NCBI GenBank assembly: GCA_037129895.1
Contig: JBAXUB010000006.1
Coordinates: forward strand, 3,580 to 67,579
Direction: 5' to 3'
Source: Candidatus Tayloriibacteriota bacterium
GTDB taxonomy: Bacteria > Patescibacteriota > Minisyncoccia > Phycocordibacterales > PALSA-1337
DNA length: 64,000 bases
Part shown: positions 28,483 to 38,010 of the stretch, one piece after another
How the letters are laid out: each line of letters begins with the position of its first letter
Position numbering within the stretch: the stretch's first letter is position 1
Notes under the pieces: generated by a model
Seen by the model: the letters and a program-made list of their open reading frames with translations, nothing else
What the model was told of the DNA's origin: nothing
The model's database searches: none
Program-made: the position numbers and the translations under genes

Positions 28483-28941
28483 ATGATTGAACTTACAACA
28501 GGAGTAGTGTTCTTGATGTCATCGCTATATGGTAATGGTCAGGGAGACAATTCAAAAGTGATTGTCATGCCAGATCAGAATATTGCAGTGATAACAACTG
28601 CTGACAGCTCTTCAACAACTAGTGTAAAGACTATGGAAGCCTATCTTCGAAAGGAGTTTGCCGACACACCCATATTGGTGGATATTGCTCGTTGCGAGTC
28701 AAATTTTCATCAATTTGATAAAGACGGTAATCTCATTCGAGGACGAGTCAATAATGCAGACGTTGGTGTGATGCAGATCAATGAGTTGTATCACGACAAG
28801 ACTGCAGCCAAACTAGGGCTCGACCTACATACTCTAGAAGGTAACGTAGCTTATGCCAAACATCTTTACAATGAACAAGGTTCTCAACCTTGGGTATCAT
28901 CTTCGAAGTGTTGGTTAGCTAGTCAAGTTGCAAAGAAGTAA
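28483..28941 (+). CDS. Lysozyme-like / lytic transglycosylase-like protein
   Basis: IARCES (catalytic Glu), DVGVMQIN, GNVAYAKHLY and PW.SS..CW motifs. Confidence 0.78.
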   Translation: MIELTTGVVFLMSSLYGNGQGDNSKVIVMPDQNIAVITTADSSSTTSVKTMEAYLRKEFADTPILVDIARCESNFHQFDKDGNLIRGRVNNADVGVMQINELYHDKTAAKLGLDLHTLEGNVAYAKHLYNEQGSQPWVSSSKCWLASQVAKK

Positions 28942-28959
28942 TTAATAACCTATATAAAC

Positions 28960-28995
28960 AAAAAGGAGTCTTACAGAAATGTGGGACTCTTTTTT
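28960..28995. terminator. Intrinsic terminator
   Basis: AAAAAGGAGTCTTACA-gaaa-TGTGGGACTCTTTTTT. Confidence 0.78.
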
Positions 28996-29005
28996 GTTGG
29001 GGGTA

Positions 29006-29026
29006 TGCAGAGGTCAGACCTCTACA
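29006..29026. repeat. REP-like palindrome, copy 7
   Basis: TGCAGAGGTCAGACCTCTACA, between a terminator and a TTGACA promoter element. Confidence 0.92.
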
Positions 29027-29030
29027 CTAC

Positions 29031-29058
29031 TTGACAAGGTAGCCTAAAGTATTATACT
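29031..29058 (+). promoter_or_regulatory. Sigma70-type promoter
   Basis: TTGACA-16-TATACT upstream of the 81-aa gene. Confidence 0.65.
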
Positions 29059-29137
29059 AATTATGTTGTTGAAATACTAGTAATCAACCGGTTTGCCTGA
29101 CGATTAGGCATGTTAGTTCATTAAAGAAAGGAGTGCT

Positions 29138-29383
29138 ATGGCACTTACCAAAGAGAAACTCGGCGAGATCGCATTGAAGATTCTCCAGGCTCAATTAGAA
29201 AGAAACGGTCTTCCGATCAACCATCCGGACATCAAGCGGGAAGTTGACAAGGAAGCCAGAGACCTCGGGATTACCTCCGCAGAATTCGCCGAGTTGGCAA
29301 AATTGACCTACAAGAGCGCCTACGAGAAGCTTGTAATTGAGCTCGACAAGATCATTGCTGATAGTATTGCAAACGATTACTGA
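29138..29383 (+). CDS. Small helical hypothetical protein (81 aa)
   Basis: Strong SD (AAAGGAG), an upstream promoter and a downstream terminator. Confidence 0.75.
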   Translation: MALTKEKLGEIALKILQAQLERNGLPINHPDIKREVDKEARDLGITSAEFAELAKLTYKSAYEKLVIELDKIIADSIANDY

Positions 29384-29411
29384 ATGTCATTGTTTCGCCG
29401 GTAGTTCACAA

Positions 29412-29441
29412 CCCCTAAGCTTCAAGCGTGGGGGTATTTTA
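29412..29441 (+). terminator. Intrinsic terminator
   Basis: ACCCCTAAGCT-tca-AGCGTGGGGGT-ATTTT. Confidence 0.6.
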
Positions 29442-29443
29442 TT

Positions 29444-29602
29444 AGATAATGTCCTATGTAACGGGGAAGGAATTATTAGTTGCGCTAAATTGGCACTGCA
29501 TTCTATTTGATACCATGTCGGCCCCTTGAAAACAGGGTACTCCTTGATTCCTAACTCGCGCGTGCCAGCGCTCCTAAGGAAGCAATGTCGCACAATATAT
29601 CT
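29444..29602. ncRNA. Candidate structured ncRNA (long imperfect hairpin)
   Basis: Nested complementary segments AGATA/TATCT, TTAG/CTAA, GCGC/GCGC, TGGCAC/GTGCCA and TACC/GGTA in a gap with no convincing ORF. Confidence 0.3.
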
Positions 29603-29696
29603 TTCCGACAATTACTATATAATGAAACAAGGCAGGTATTCCCTGCCTGGTTAAAATTTTCATTGAGTGGATAGTCAGTCGGTCAGTTACCTTCTA

Positions 29697-30026
29697 TCAA
29701 TTCGACGGCACTGGCATCTGCGGAGTTTGTGATTGTAATATAACTGGACTGCCATCATTCTTCATCCTTAACAGTCCACTTATCGCTGGGTCCCAAATCA
29801 ACGGTATGAATATCTTGTTTAGCAAATAATCGAATGGTTTATTCAAGTATGTGTTCCAAGTATCAACTACCACTCCCCTGACGAACATCCAATTGTCTTG
29901 GAAAGTTGGTGAGTTAACAATGCTACGAAGATTGAATCCAAAATATCCGAGTACGAGTAAGATAATAATTATAAATAATGCTGTGCGAATAATAGAACCG
30001 CTGTTTGTATTTATGAAAGGAATCAT
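29697..30026 (-). CDS. Small membrane protein
   Basis: Hydrophobic IIIILLVLGYFGFNLR followed by an aromatic amphipathic segment. Confidence 0.7.
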   Translation of the reverse strand: MIPFINTNSGSIIRTALFIIIILLVLGYFGFNLRSIVNSPTFQDNWMFVRGVVVDTWNTYLNKPFDYLLNKIFIPLIWDPAISGLLRMKNDGSPVILQSQTPQMPVPSN

Positions 30027-30114
30027 GCATGTATTTTATCCTTTTTGGACGATTTGCGCCTCGAAGTTATACACAGCCTACGAGAGCGGGCCCGTTTGTT
30101 GATTTACCAGTTTC

Positions 30115-31437
30115 TTATCTAGGAGGAAGATATATCATAGGGTCAAGATAGGCTTTCGGGTCTGCTGCAACGGTTTTGATATTCTTGCAGTTCGTAGAAG
30201 CGTTGAGGGCTTGCGATAAGACCACTTTGATACCGGTCGTCGCGTATACTCCAAAATGCAGGTGTGGACCCTCAGAGAAGCCCGTATTACCAGAGTAACC
30301 GATAATCTCTCCTGTAGAGATAGTTTGGCCGACATTTACATTGACCAATGATAGGTGGCCATAAAGTGTTGATAGTCCATTTGGATGACGTAGGAGTACC
30401 CAATACCCATATTGGCAACCTTTCCTCGCGTTGGTCTTCTCGAGATCAACAACAGTCCCTCCTAGTGATGACATTACTGGAGTACCGATACTAGCTCGTA
30501 GATCGACGCCGCCGTGACTTCCAGAAGCGTATAGTCTCTGTGAGTCAGAAGTTATTCCGAACAATTGTGTTATATAGATATTATCGAGCGGCCAGGATAG
30601 AACGCCACTACCTTTGGCTGGCAATTTACTAAAGTCGATCGATATGCGCAGGGCTGACTCGTAAGCAAACAGCTCTTTCTCGAAAGCGGCCTTCTGTGCA
30701 CTTCTCTGTTTCACTAATTTCTGATATTCAGCCTCCGATTGGTTGGTCTGTTTCAATAGAGCATTTTGTTCGCTGACGGTCGACAATACCACTTTACGTT
30801 GGTCTGCAAGCTCCTTGTTCAATGATAATAGGTCAGCCTTTGCCTTTTCACTTGCAGACCTGTTGACCTCTAGTTGGTCCTTATCTTTGGTCAGTGAAGA
30901 TATCCTGTCAAAGACATTCTTCTGGATGAGACTGAGTTCCTCTAGTGTATTCAGTGCATCAGAGATCGAATTGCTACCAAACACGATCTCAGTCACGTCA
31001 GTATCACCCATCTGATCAAGTTGTTTGAATGACTGGGCTACGATCCTCTGATCGTCACTGATATTATTTTGTTTCGTTGATATTTTGGATCCTAGTTGTT
31101 GTATCTCGAATGTCTTTGCCGCTATCTTATCTTGAGTGAGGGCAATATTTGCCTCTAGCTTCTTTTGTGTTAGTTGTAGCGATTTGATAGTCGAAGACAG
31201 AGATGAAGCTTGAGAACTGAGATCATTGATCTGTGTCTGGTAGCCCTTGATCTCGTTCTCGAGATTCTTGATGTCTTGATTTCTCTGCTCTATCTTGGCT
31301 TGAAGTTCTGCTGCAGTTTGTCCGTAAGCTATATTAGAAAAAGGTGTACTACATATTGTATATGCAGAAAATATTATTAAAATAATAATTACAGATTTAA
31401 TAGATCGATCGAAAACATTATCAGATGATATCTTCAT
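30115..31437 (-). CDS. M23 peptidoglycan endopeptidase with N-terminal coiled coil
   Basis: Signal/TM segment, long coiled coil, HGGVD (HxxxD), TLYGHL and GPHLHF (HxH). Confidence 0.92.
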   Translation of the reverse strand: MKISSDNVFDRSIKSVIIILIIFSAYTICSTPFSNIAYGQTAAELQAKIEQRNQDIKNLENEIKGYQTQINDLSSQASSLSSTIKSLQLTQKKLEANIALTQDKIAAKTFEIQQLGSKISTKQNNISDDQRIVAQSFKQLDQMGDTDVTEIVFGSNSISDALNTLEELSLIQKNVFDRISSLTKDKDQLEVNRSASEKAKADLLSLNKELADQRKVVLSTVSEQNALLKQTNQSEAEYQKLVKQRSAQKAAFEKELFAYESALRISIDFSKLPAKGSGVLSWPLDNIYITQLFGITSDSQRLYASGSHGGVDLRASIGTPVMSSLGGTVVDLEKTNARKGCQYGYWVLLRHPNGLSTLYGHLSLVNVNVGQTISTGEIIGYSGNTGFSEGPHLHFGVYATTGIKVVLSQALNASTNCKNIKTVAADPKAYLDPMIYLPPR

Positions 31438-31452
31438 AATGTTGTGTATCTA

Positions 31453-32835
31453 TCAACTTAGTGATTGTATAGCAGAATCAATCCTCTTTAAGCTTTCAGT
31501 AATTCCTAGAATATATATACAATTGAATGGATCTGGAGATCGGTCCTGACCTGAGAGTGACATGCGTAATGGCCATAATACATCTCCTTTACCATTGGCT
31601 TCAGCATACGGCCAGATAGAGGTCTTTATTGACTCAGCCGATAACTGGTCATTGTCTTCAATCTTACTTATCATATCGCGACATTCCTGCAGATGCTTTC
31701 GTGCCACTTCCCTATCAGGATTCTTTTTCCAAAGAAGTTTATCGGCGGGCACACTCTCATAGTCATGTACGAAATGAAGTTCGCCACCTTGACCCAGAAG
31801 GTCAGTGATTTCAGAAAATGCACTGATCTTTTCCTTCAATAGCGGAAGCATCTTTTTGAATGTTGTACTACTAGTTGAGAGCCATTCTGGTACAAAGACT
31901 TTTGCATGTTCTACGAAATCCGTATCAGATGATTTTGAAATGTATTGCTTATTGAACCATTTCAGTTTTTCATCATTGAAGATCGCTCCACTCTTTTGGA
32001 CTCTCTCCAAAGAGAATTGCTCGATGATCTCTGGTAGTGATAAGACTTCCCTATCGTCGACTGGATGCCAGCCTAGAAGTGCCATGAAATTGATGATGGC
32101 ACCTGGTAGATAACCTTTTTCTCTGTAAGAGCTTATAGGCACTGCACCATGTCTCTTTGACAGCTTGGCGCGTTCAGAAGAGAGTAATAGAGGAATATGT
32201 GCGAACATCGGAACTGGTGCGCCGATCGCCTCATATATGAGGATTTGCCTCGGTGTATTGGAGATATGATCTTCGCCACGGATAATATGTGTCATTCCCA
32301 TTTCATAGTCGTCTACAACATTCACTAGATGGAATATTGGCTCCTCCATACTCTTTGCTATGACAAAGTCACCGAGTTCGGTTGTGTCAAATTCAACTCT
32401 TCCACGAATCAGGTCATCGAATGCCACCTTTTTGTTCGGATTCTTGAATCGTATAACTTCTGATCGTCTGGATACTTGTTCGTCTCGAATTTCTCCATCT
32501 TTGCCCACCACCGCTGCGATCCCGGGTGTTTCCTTGGACAAATATGCATGGCCGGTGTCTACCAACTGTTTCAGATATTTTCTATAAATCTCTGTTCGTT
32601 CAGATTGTCTGTAAAATTCATCATACTCGAGTCCGAGCCACTTCAAACTATCGATAATATTGTCTTCGTATTCCTTGCGTGATCTCTCCTTGTCGGTGTC
32701 TTCTATACGCAATATAAACTTGCCTTTGTTCTGTCTGGCAAATATATATGCGAATAGCGCAGCACGATAACTACCAGCATGGAATAGTCCAGTTGGTGAA
32801 GGCGCGAAGCGTGTTACAACAGGTTTGTCATTCAT
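31453..32835 (-). CDS. gltX: Glutamate--tRNA ligase
   Basis: RFAPSPTG, LRIEDTD, THIIRGEDH and KLSKR motifs. Confidence 0.96.
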   Translation of the reverse strand: MNDKPVVTRFAPSPTGLFHAGSYRAALFAYIFARQNKGKFILRIEDTDKERSRKEYEDNIIDSLKWLGLEYDEFYRQSERTEIYRKYLKQLVDTGHAYLSKETPGIAAVVGKDGEIRDEQVSRRSEVIRFKNPNKKVAFDDLIRGRVEFDTTELGDFVIAKSMEEPIFHLVNVVDDYEMGMTHIIRGEDHISNTPRQILIYEAIGAPVPMFAHIPLLLSSERAKLSKRHGAVPISSYREKGYLPGAIINFMALLGWHPVDDREVLSLPEIIEQFSLERVQKSGAIFNDEKLKWFNKQYISKSSDTDFVEHAKVFVPEWLSTSSTTFKKMLPLLKEKISAFSEITDLLGQGGELHFVHDYESVPADKLLWKKNPDREVARKHLQECRDMISKIEDNDQLSAESIKTSIWPYAEANGKGDVLWPLRMSLSGQDRSPDPFNCIYILGITESLKRIDSAIQSLS

Positions 32836-32843
32836 GCGTTAGA

Positions 32844-33347
32844 TTATCCCTTGAGTCCTGCGCTCGCTGCTGTAGTAGCGTGGAAGATGTGCATAATGAT
32901 GTTGCCAACAGAATCCTTGAGAGGAACATCCTTGACTGCATTGAACTTGCCACTGCCGTCATCTGTGTAGATAACTGCGTAGTAAGTACCTCCATCTAGT
33001 GTTGGTGTAGACAATGTGATCTTGCCACCAGGATTTATACCAGCATCGTAATGAGCTGAACCCATGATAGCACCTGGTTGTCCACCATTATCAGATTGGA
33101 TAACAACCCATGAAGAATTCTGTACTTGTACAGAAGATAGATAAACGACGTTTCCTGGGAATTGATCTGACATAACTATCCTGTTGAGAGCAGTTGTCGG
33201 GATCTGACTCGTAGTGTCATCTGTAATAACTGGAGCGTTACTCTTCTTGCCTCCGAATACCAAGATACCCAAGACTATGAGAGCGATGATAACGATGATA
33301 GTAACAACCCACTGCCATGTTTTGACTCCTGATGTTTGTGGTTCCAT
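32844..33347 (-). CDS. Membrane-anchored hypothetical protein with a beta-rich extracellular domain
   Basis: TM helix, then DQFPG...WVVI..D..G.PG.I.G...YYAVIY.DDG...F...D.P; start set at MEPQ. Confidence 0.72.
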   Translation of the reverse strand: MEPQTSGVKTWQWVVTIIVIIALIVLGILVFGGKKSNAPVITDDTTSQIPTTALNRIVMSDQFPGNVVYLSSVQVQNSSWVVIQSDNGGQPGAIMGSAHYDAGINPGGKITLSTPTLDGGTYYAVIYTDDGSGKFNAVKDVPLKDSVGNIIMHIFHATTAASAGLKG

Positions 33348-33467
33348 GTGAATATTTATTAATATTAACGTTGCTAAGGTCGACTTGTTTTTATAAGTCA
33401 ATTATATCACACATTTCACCCACAAATGCAAGTGCAGGTGTGTTCTAATTTTAGTCAATAAGTGATG

Positions 33468-34601
33468 CTATTTCTCGTGAGTGAGTGCCAAGTCCATGAT
33501 CGCATCAGCAATGACAGTTGCGCTATCAACCCTAGAAAATGTTTTTGCACGTTCTTTCATTGTCTCGATGATCTTTGGTGATTTACAGATTCTGTCGACT
33601 TCCTCTACTAGTATGTGTGGAGTGAGATTGTTTTCCTCAATGACCGAAGCAGCACCACTTTCTGCGTAAGCAAAGGCATTGGCTGTCTGATCATGACTCA
33701 CACTGTTTGGTAATGGGATGATGATAGAAGGTATTCCCCAAGCAGCGATCTCAAATATTGTAGATCCAGCTCTAGATATGATCATCGTCGCTACACCAGC
33801 CGACATACGCATGGCGAGCTCGTTCATATAATCGAATGTATGATATCGATACGAGAATGGATGATCCTTTAGGATCACCTTTGATGTGGCGTTGATCTCA
33901 TCTAGATTGTTCTTGCCAGTTTGGTGAATGATCTGATATCTGTTCAATAATTCTGGCAATGTCTGTATGATTGCATCATTGATATTCTGTGATCCTTGAG
34001 AGCCACCGAGAACTAGTATGGTCGGTGTGTCCTGCTCGAGTCCTAGGAATTCATGAGCTCCATTCGTGAGAGGGACTAAGACTTCTCTTCGGATCGGATT
34101 GCCAGTCAATGCGACTCGATCCTTGTGCTTGGTGAAGTATTCAGCCGCACCAGGATATGAGATAGCGATTTTCTTCGCGAATTTGCTGGCCCAAATATTG
34201 ACCTTTCCAGGTTTGCTATCGGACTCATGTATAATAACTGGAATATTGAGTAGTTTTGCCGCGAACAATGCTGGGAAACTCGCGTACCCACCTTTACCGA
34301 ATATGACATCAGGATACAGTGAATACATCTTGAATATCGCCATGACACAACCTGTTAGAGTCTTGAATGCGTCGGTTATGTTAAGTAGTGAGAAATATCG
34401 TCGTACTTTACCGGCGGGTACTGGTATAAACTCCATTTCATTGTCGAATAAAGATCGAGCATTGTATTTGCTTGGTGCCATATAATACAGAGATGGCATA
34501 ATGATCTTGCGTTCTTTGCATTGCTCACGCACCGCCTCAGCAACAGCGATAATTGGATAAAAGTGTCCGCCCGTTCCTCCGCCTGTAAATAGGATTTTCA
34601 T
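33468..34601 (-). CDS. murG: MurG glycosyltransferase
   Basis: TGGGTGGH, KGGYAS, TGNPIR, GGSQGS and SRAG motifs. Confidence 0.96.
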   Translation of the reverse strand: MKILFTGGGTGGHFYPIIAVAEAVREQCKERKIIMPSLYYMAPSKYNARSLFDNEMEFIPVPAGKVRRYFSLLNITDAFKTLTGCVMAIFKMYSLYPDVIFGKGGYASFPALFAAKLLNIPVIIHESDSKPGKVNIWASKFAKKIAISYPGAAEYFTKHKDRVALTGNPIRREVLVPLTNGAHEFLGLEQDTPTILVLGGSQGSQNINDAIIQTLPELLNRYQIIHQTGKNNLDEINATSKVILKDHPFSYRYHTFDYMNELAMRMSAGVATMIISRAGSTIFEIAAWGIPSIIIPLPNSVSHDQTANAFAYAESGAASVIEENNLTPHILVEEVDRICKSPKIIETMKERAKTFSRVDSATVIADAIMDLALTHEK

Positions 34602-34620
34602 TGATGTAATTATAACTGAT

Positions 34621-37536
34621 TTACTGACCAACTACTATACTGACCAATCTGTTCGGTACTACTACTATCTTTTGGATCGCCTTACCTGTTAGCCACTTCA
34701 TGACCTCTGGGACCTTCTTGGCTGTTTCCTCTAGTAATTCCTTGCTAGTGTCTTTTGCCGCCATGAATGAACCACGCATCTTTCCGTTTATCTGAACTAT
34801 GATATTCACTTCATTATCCTCTATCAATTTCGGATCAAATTCTGGCCAGCTAGATATATGGATCGATTTCTTGTTGCCTAGGCTCGACCACAATTCATCC
34901 GCAACGTGAGGCATGAATGGAGCGAGGATCTGTAACAATAACTGAAATTGTTCCTTCGATATTGATTCCGCCCTGTCTAATTCGTTGACTGCTATCATGA
35001 GTGAGCTTATCGCGGTATTGAATTTTAAACCATTGATATCGTCTGTCACTTTCTTGATAGTCTTGTGAATGATTTTGATAATATTTATGTCATCAACCGC
35101 GGACGAAAGCACTTTCTCACTCAATCTCCAAACCTTTTCAACAAACCTTCTCGCACCGACCATACTGTCAGTGCTCCAGGCGATCTGTTGGTCAAACGGA
35201 CCCATGAACATCTCATAAACACGGAGAGTATCAGCGCCGAATCTAGCAACAACTTCGTCAGGGTTAACGACATTACCAAAACGTTTTGACATCTTGCGAC
35301 CATCTTCACCCATGATTAGCCCAACGCTTTGCAGTCTAGAAAATGGTTCTATTGTAGAGGTTACACCTATGTCATAGAGGAATTTATGCCAGAATCGTGC
35401 GTAGATAAGGTGACGAGTTGCATGTTCAGCTCCGCCAATATATAGATCAACTGGTGCCCAGTACTTTTCCTTTTTCGAATCAACTAGAGCTTTCTTGTTC
35501 TTTGGGTCCATATAGCGCAGGTAGTACCAAGATGATCCCGCCCATTGAGGCATAGTGTTCGTCTCGCGGCGAGATTTACCTTTGCATTTCGGGCACTTTA
35601 CATTGACCCATTTTCCTATAGCTGCTAGTGGTGACTCACCAGTACCTGTTGGTTCATACGATACTACCTTTGGCAATTTTACCGGCAGGTCTTTCTCTGG
35701 TACAGGAACTACTCCACAGTTCGCGCAGTGAATAAGTGGCATCGGTTCGCCCCAATATCTCTGTCTAGAAAATACCCAGTCGCGAAGCTTGTATTTGATC
35801 GTCTTTGATCCAAACTTTCTGATCATCTCATCTTTGTCTTCAAGCTTGATCTCACGAATAGGCAGATCATATTTTTTAGCAAAATCAGCATCCCTCTCAT
35901 CGTGTGCAGGGACCGCCATGACCGCACCTGTTCCATAGTCAGCCAATACATAGTCAGCTATCCAGACTGGTACAGATTCATTGTTGGCCGGGTTCACAAC
36001 TCGTATGCCTTTCAATTCAACTCCCGTCTTTTCCCTCTTTGCATCAGTTCGTTCCATCTCCGTTTCAAGTTTTGCTTTCTCGATGTATTCGACGACTTCG
36101 TTCCTATTCGAAATTTTCGGCAATAAACTTTTAACATATGGATGTTCAGGAGCAAGTACCATATATGTCACGCCAAATATCGTATCAGGACGCGTTGTGA
36201 ATACCTTGACTGATGGATGTAGTGCGGCCAATATTTCGGGTTCTTCTAATGCACAGAAATGTTCTTCCTTTGCTCGGACTTCGATCAGTCGTGCATCAAG
36301 CTGTGTTGATAGGTGATTCAAATATTTTGCTCTGAACTCTTCTTGTGTGTCAGATAGGACTGCAATATTCCCATTTGCTTGTTTCTTTATCAAATCAAGG
36401 TCAAAGTCCCACTTAAAAGTTTCATGGAACGGTCGAGGCTTAGCTGATTCACCAAAGAAACTGGGATCGCTCGCTGCAGCAACTATCACTAGTCCAGATA
36501 TCGGTTCATTAAGTTTCATCAGTACTTTCATAGCTACTACTGCTCCCAAGCTGTGGCCAATCAAAACAGTATTTTCATCGAAATGACAGTTTTTCAAGAC
36601 GAAGTCTACCTGTTCATCCTCTGTTGGGTTAAAGGCATTTGGCAACTCTGGTGCAGTGACTTTGTGGCCCTTCTTTTCTAGCTCTGATTTGAGCCATGGG
36701 ATGAAGTTACTCTCTGCACTGCCTTCGAAGCCGTGGAGAATGATGTAATTGGCGCTAATATTCTCCGTGGTTGTTGATGCAAATGGAAAATCGATGATAG
36801 CTCCTTCACTCTTCCCTATCCAATTTCTTTGCGATTCCTTTATAGATTCTGGCCAGTCGAGTAAGTTTGTCCCATCAGATTTCTTGGCGTCCAAGTCATT
36901 CAATAGTCTATCTGCATAGTCCGTGATCTTGAGTACCCATTGGCGCAAGGGTCTCTTCTCGACTGGTGTTCCACATCTCTCACACCTACCATCCTCGACA
37001 TCTTCGTTTGCGAGAACTGTCTTGTCTGTTGGACACCAATTGACTGGTTCATTGGACTCGAATGCCAAGCCTTTCTTAAATAATTGCAAGAAAATCCATT
37101 GTGTCCACCTATAGTATGCAGGATCGGTAGTATTGATCTCACGTGTCCAATCATAGTCGAGTCCTATGATCTCTAGCTGTTCCTTGAAACGTTTTACATT
37201 TCTCTGTACTGCTATCAGAGGATTGGTTCGGGTCTTGATGGCATAATTCTCGGCCGGCAATCCGAATGCATCAAAGCCCATCGGGTGTAACACCGAGTGA
37301 CCCTGCATGCGTTTCATTCTGGAAACGACATCAGTTGCGATGTACCCTTTTGGGTGGCCAACATGTAGTCCTTCACCCGATGGATATGGGAACATGTCTA
37401 GAACGTAATATTTGCTTTTCTCGGCGTCTTCTTTCGATCTATAAATCTTGGACTTTGCCCACTTTTTTTGCCATTTCTTTTCTATAATTAAATGGTCATA
37501 TGCTTTTGGGACCTGCTTGTTGGCTTTGGATTTCAT
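34621..37536 (-). CDS. leuS: Leucine--tRNA ligase with an inserted alpha/beta-hydrolase domain
   Basis: MFPYPSG..HVGH, TTRPDT, GTGAVMAVPAHD, RQRYWG and KMSKR motifs, plus an extra ~185-aa GHSLG domain. Confidence 0.95.
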   Translation of the reverse strand: MKSKANKQVPKAYDHLIIEKKWQKKWAKSKIYRSKEDAEKSKYYVLDMFPYPSGEGLHVGHPKGYIATDVVSRMKRMQGHSVLHPMGFDAFGLPAENYAIKTRTNPLIAVQRNVKRFKEQLEIIGLDYDWTREINTTDPAYYRWTQWIFLQLFKKGLAFESNEPVNWCPTDKTVLANEDVEDGRCERCGTPVEKRPLRQWVLKITDYADRLLNDLDAKKSDGTNLLDWPESIKESQRNWIGKSEGAIIDFPFASTTTENISANYIILHGFEGSAESNFIPWLKSELEKKGHKVTAPELPNAFNPTEDEQVDFVLKNCHFDENTVLIGHSLGAVVAMKVLMKLNEPISGLVIVAAASDPSFFGESAKPRPFHETFKWDFDLDLIKKQANGNIAVLSDTQEEFRAKYLNHLSTQLDARLIEVRAKEEHFCALEEPEILAALHPSVKVFTTRPDTIFGVTYMVLAPEHPYVKSLLPKISNRNEVVEYIEKAKLETEMERTDAKREKTGVELKGIRVVNPANNESVPVWIADYVLADYGTGAVMAVPAHDERDADFAKKYDLPIREIKLEDKDEMIRKFGSKTIKYKLRDWVFSRQRYWGEPMPLIHCANCGVVPVPEKDLPVKLPKVVSYEPTGTGESPLAAIGKWVNVKCPKCKGKSRRETNTMPQWAGSSWYYLRYMDPKNKKALVDSKKEKYWAPVDLYIGGAEHATRHLIYARFWHKFLYDIGVTSTIEPFSRLQSVGLIMGEDGRKMSKRFGNVVNPDEVVARFGADTLRVYEMFMGPFDQQIAWSTDSMVGARRFVEKVWRLSEKVLSSAVDDINIIKIIHKTIKKVTDDINGLKFNTAISSLMIAVNELDRAESISKEQFQLLLQILAPFMPHVADELWSSLGNKKSIHISSWPEFDPKLIEDNEVNIIVQINGKMRGSFMAAKDTSKELLEETAKKVPEVMKWLTGKAIQKIVVVPNRLVSIVVGQ

Positions 37537-37570
37537 AGCTAGAATGATAGCGCAAAATCGGAAAGTATAC

Positions 37571-37602
37571 AAAAAGCACCCGACCTATGAAGATCGGGTG
37601 CT
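37571..37602 (-). terminator. Intrinsic terminator
   Basis: AGCACCCGA-cctatgaaga-TCGGGTGCT with an A-tract on the left. Confidence 0.72.
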
Positions 37603-37630
37603 GGTGTGTCGAAGGTCGTTTTGTGCTCTA

Positions 37631-37852
37631 CTAGTGCGTCATGCACTGGTAGACTGCCCCCAAAATAAGAACAACGAATATCACAGCTGATATCAGCATG
37701 TAATACGTCCCATCTGGGTGGGTACTCCTAGGGCTTGGAGTCTGGTCACTGTCTAGAGCGCAGCGGTCTTGACGATGCTGACATAGTGTCAGCCAGTCAA
37801 AGTGCGGCGATCTGCGAGTGGCTCTACTGCCCGTCAATCTGTATCTATGCAT
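37631..37852 (-). CDS. Small protein with a C-terminal TM helix
   Basis: SD-like AAGGAAAGG upstream, terminator downstream, hydrophobic MLISAVIFVVLILGAVY. Confidence 0.55.
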   Translation of the reverse strand: MHRYRLTGSRATRRSPHFDWLTLCQHRQDRCALDSDQTPSPRSTHPDGTYYMLISAVIFVVLILGAVYQCMTH

Positions 37853-38010
37853 AGTTTTAACCTTTCCTTGTAAATTTTCAACTGGCTTACGCGTGTATTA
37901 TACCACGAGTCCGTGCCAATAGCAAGTGTGCTGCTAGGAGTAATAGTACTACTTTCCGGCGTAAAGTACAGGGGGTAAATTGAACGATTTGATCTGCTAA
38001 CTTTTACAGA

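Noticed and set aside
36214-36780. LeuRS insertion as an intein or intron
   Set aside because: No N-terminal Cys/Ser block, no C-terminal His-Asn and no LAGLIDADG motifs. The frame is continuous and the motifs are those of an alpha/beta hydrolase.
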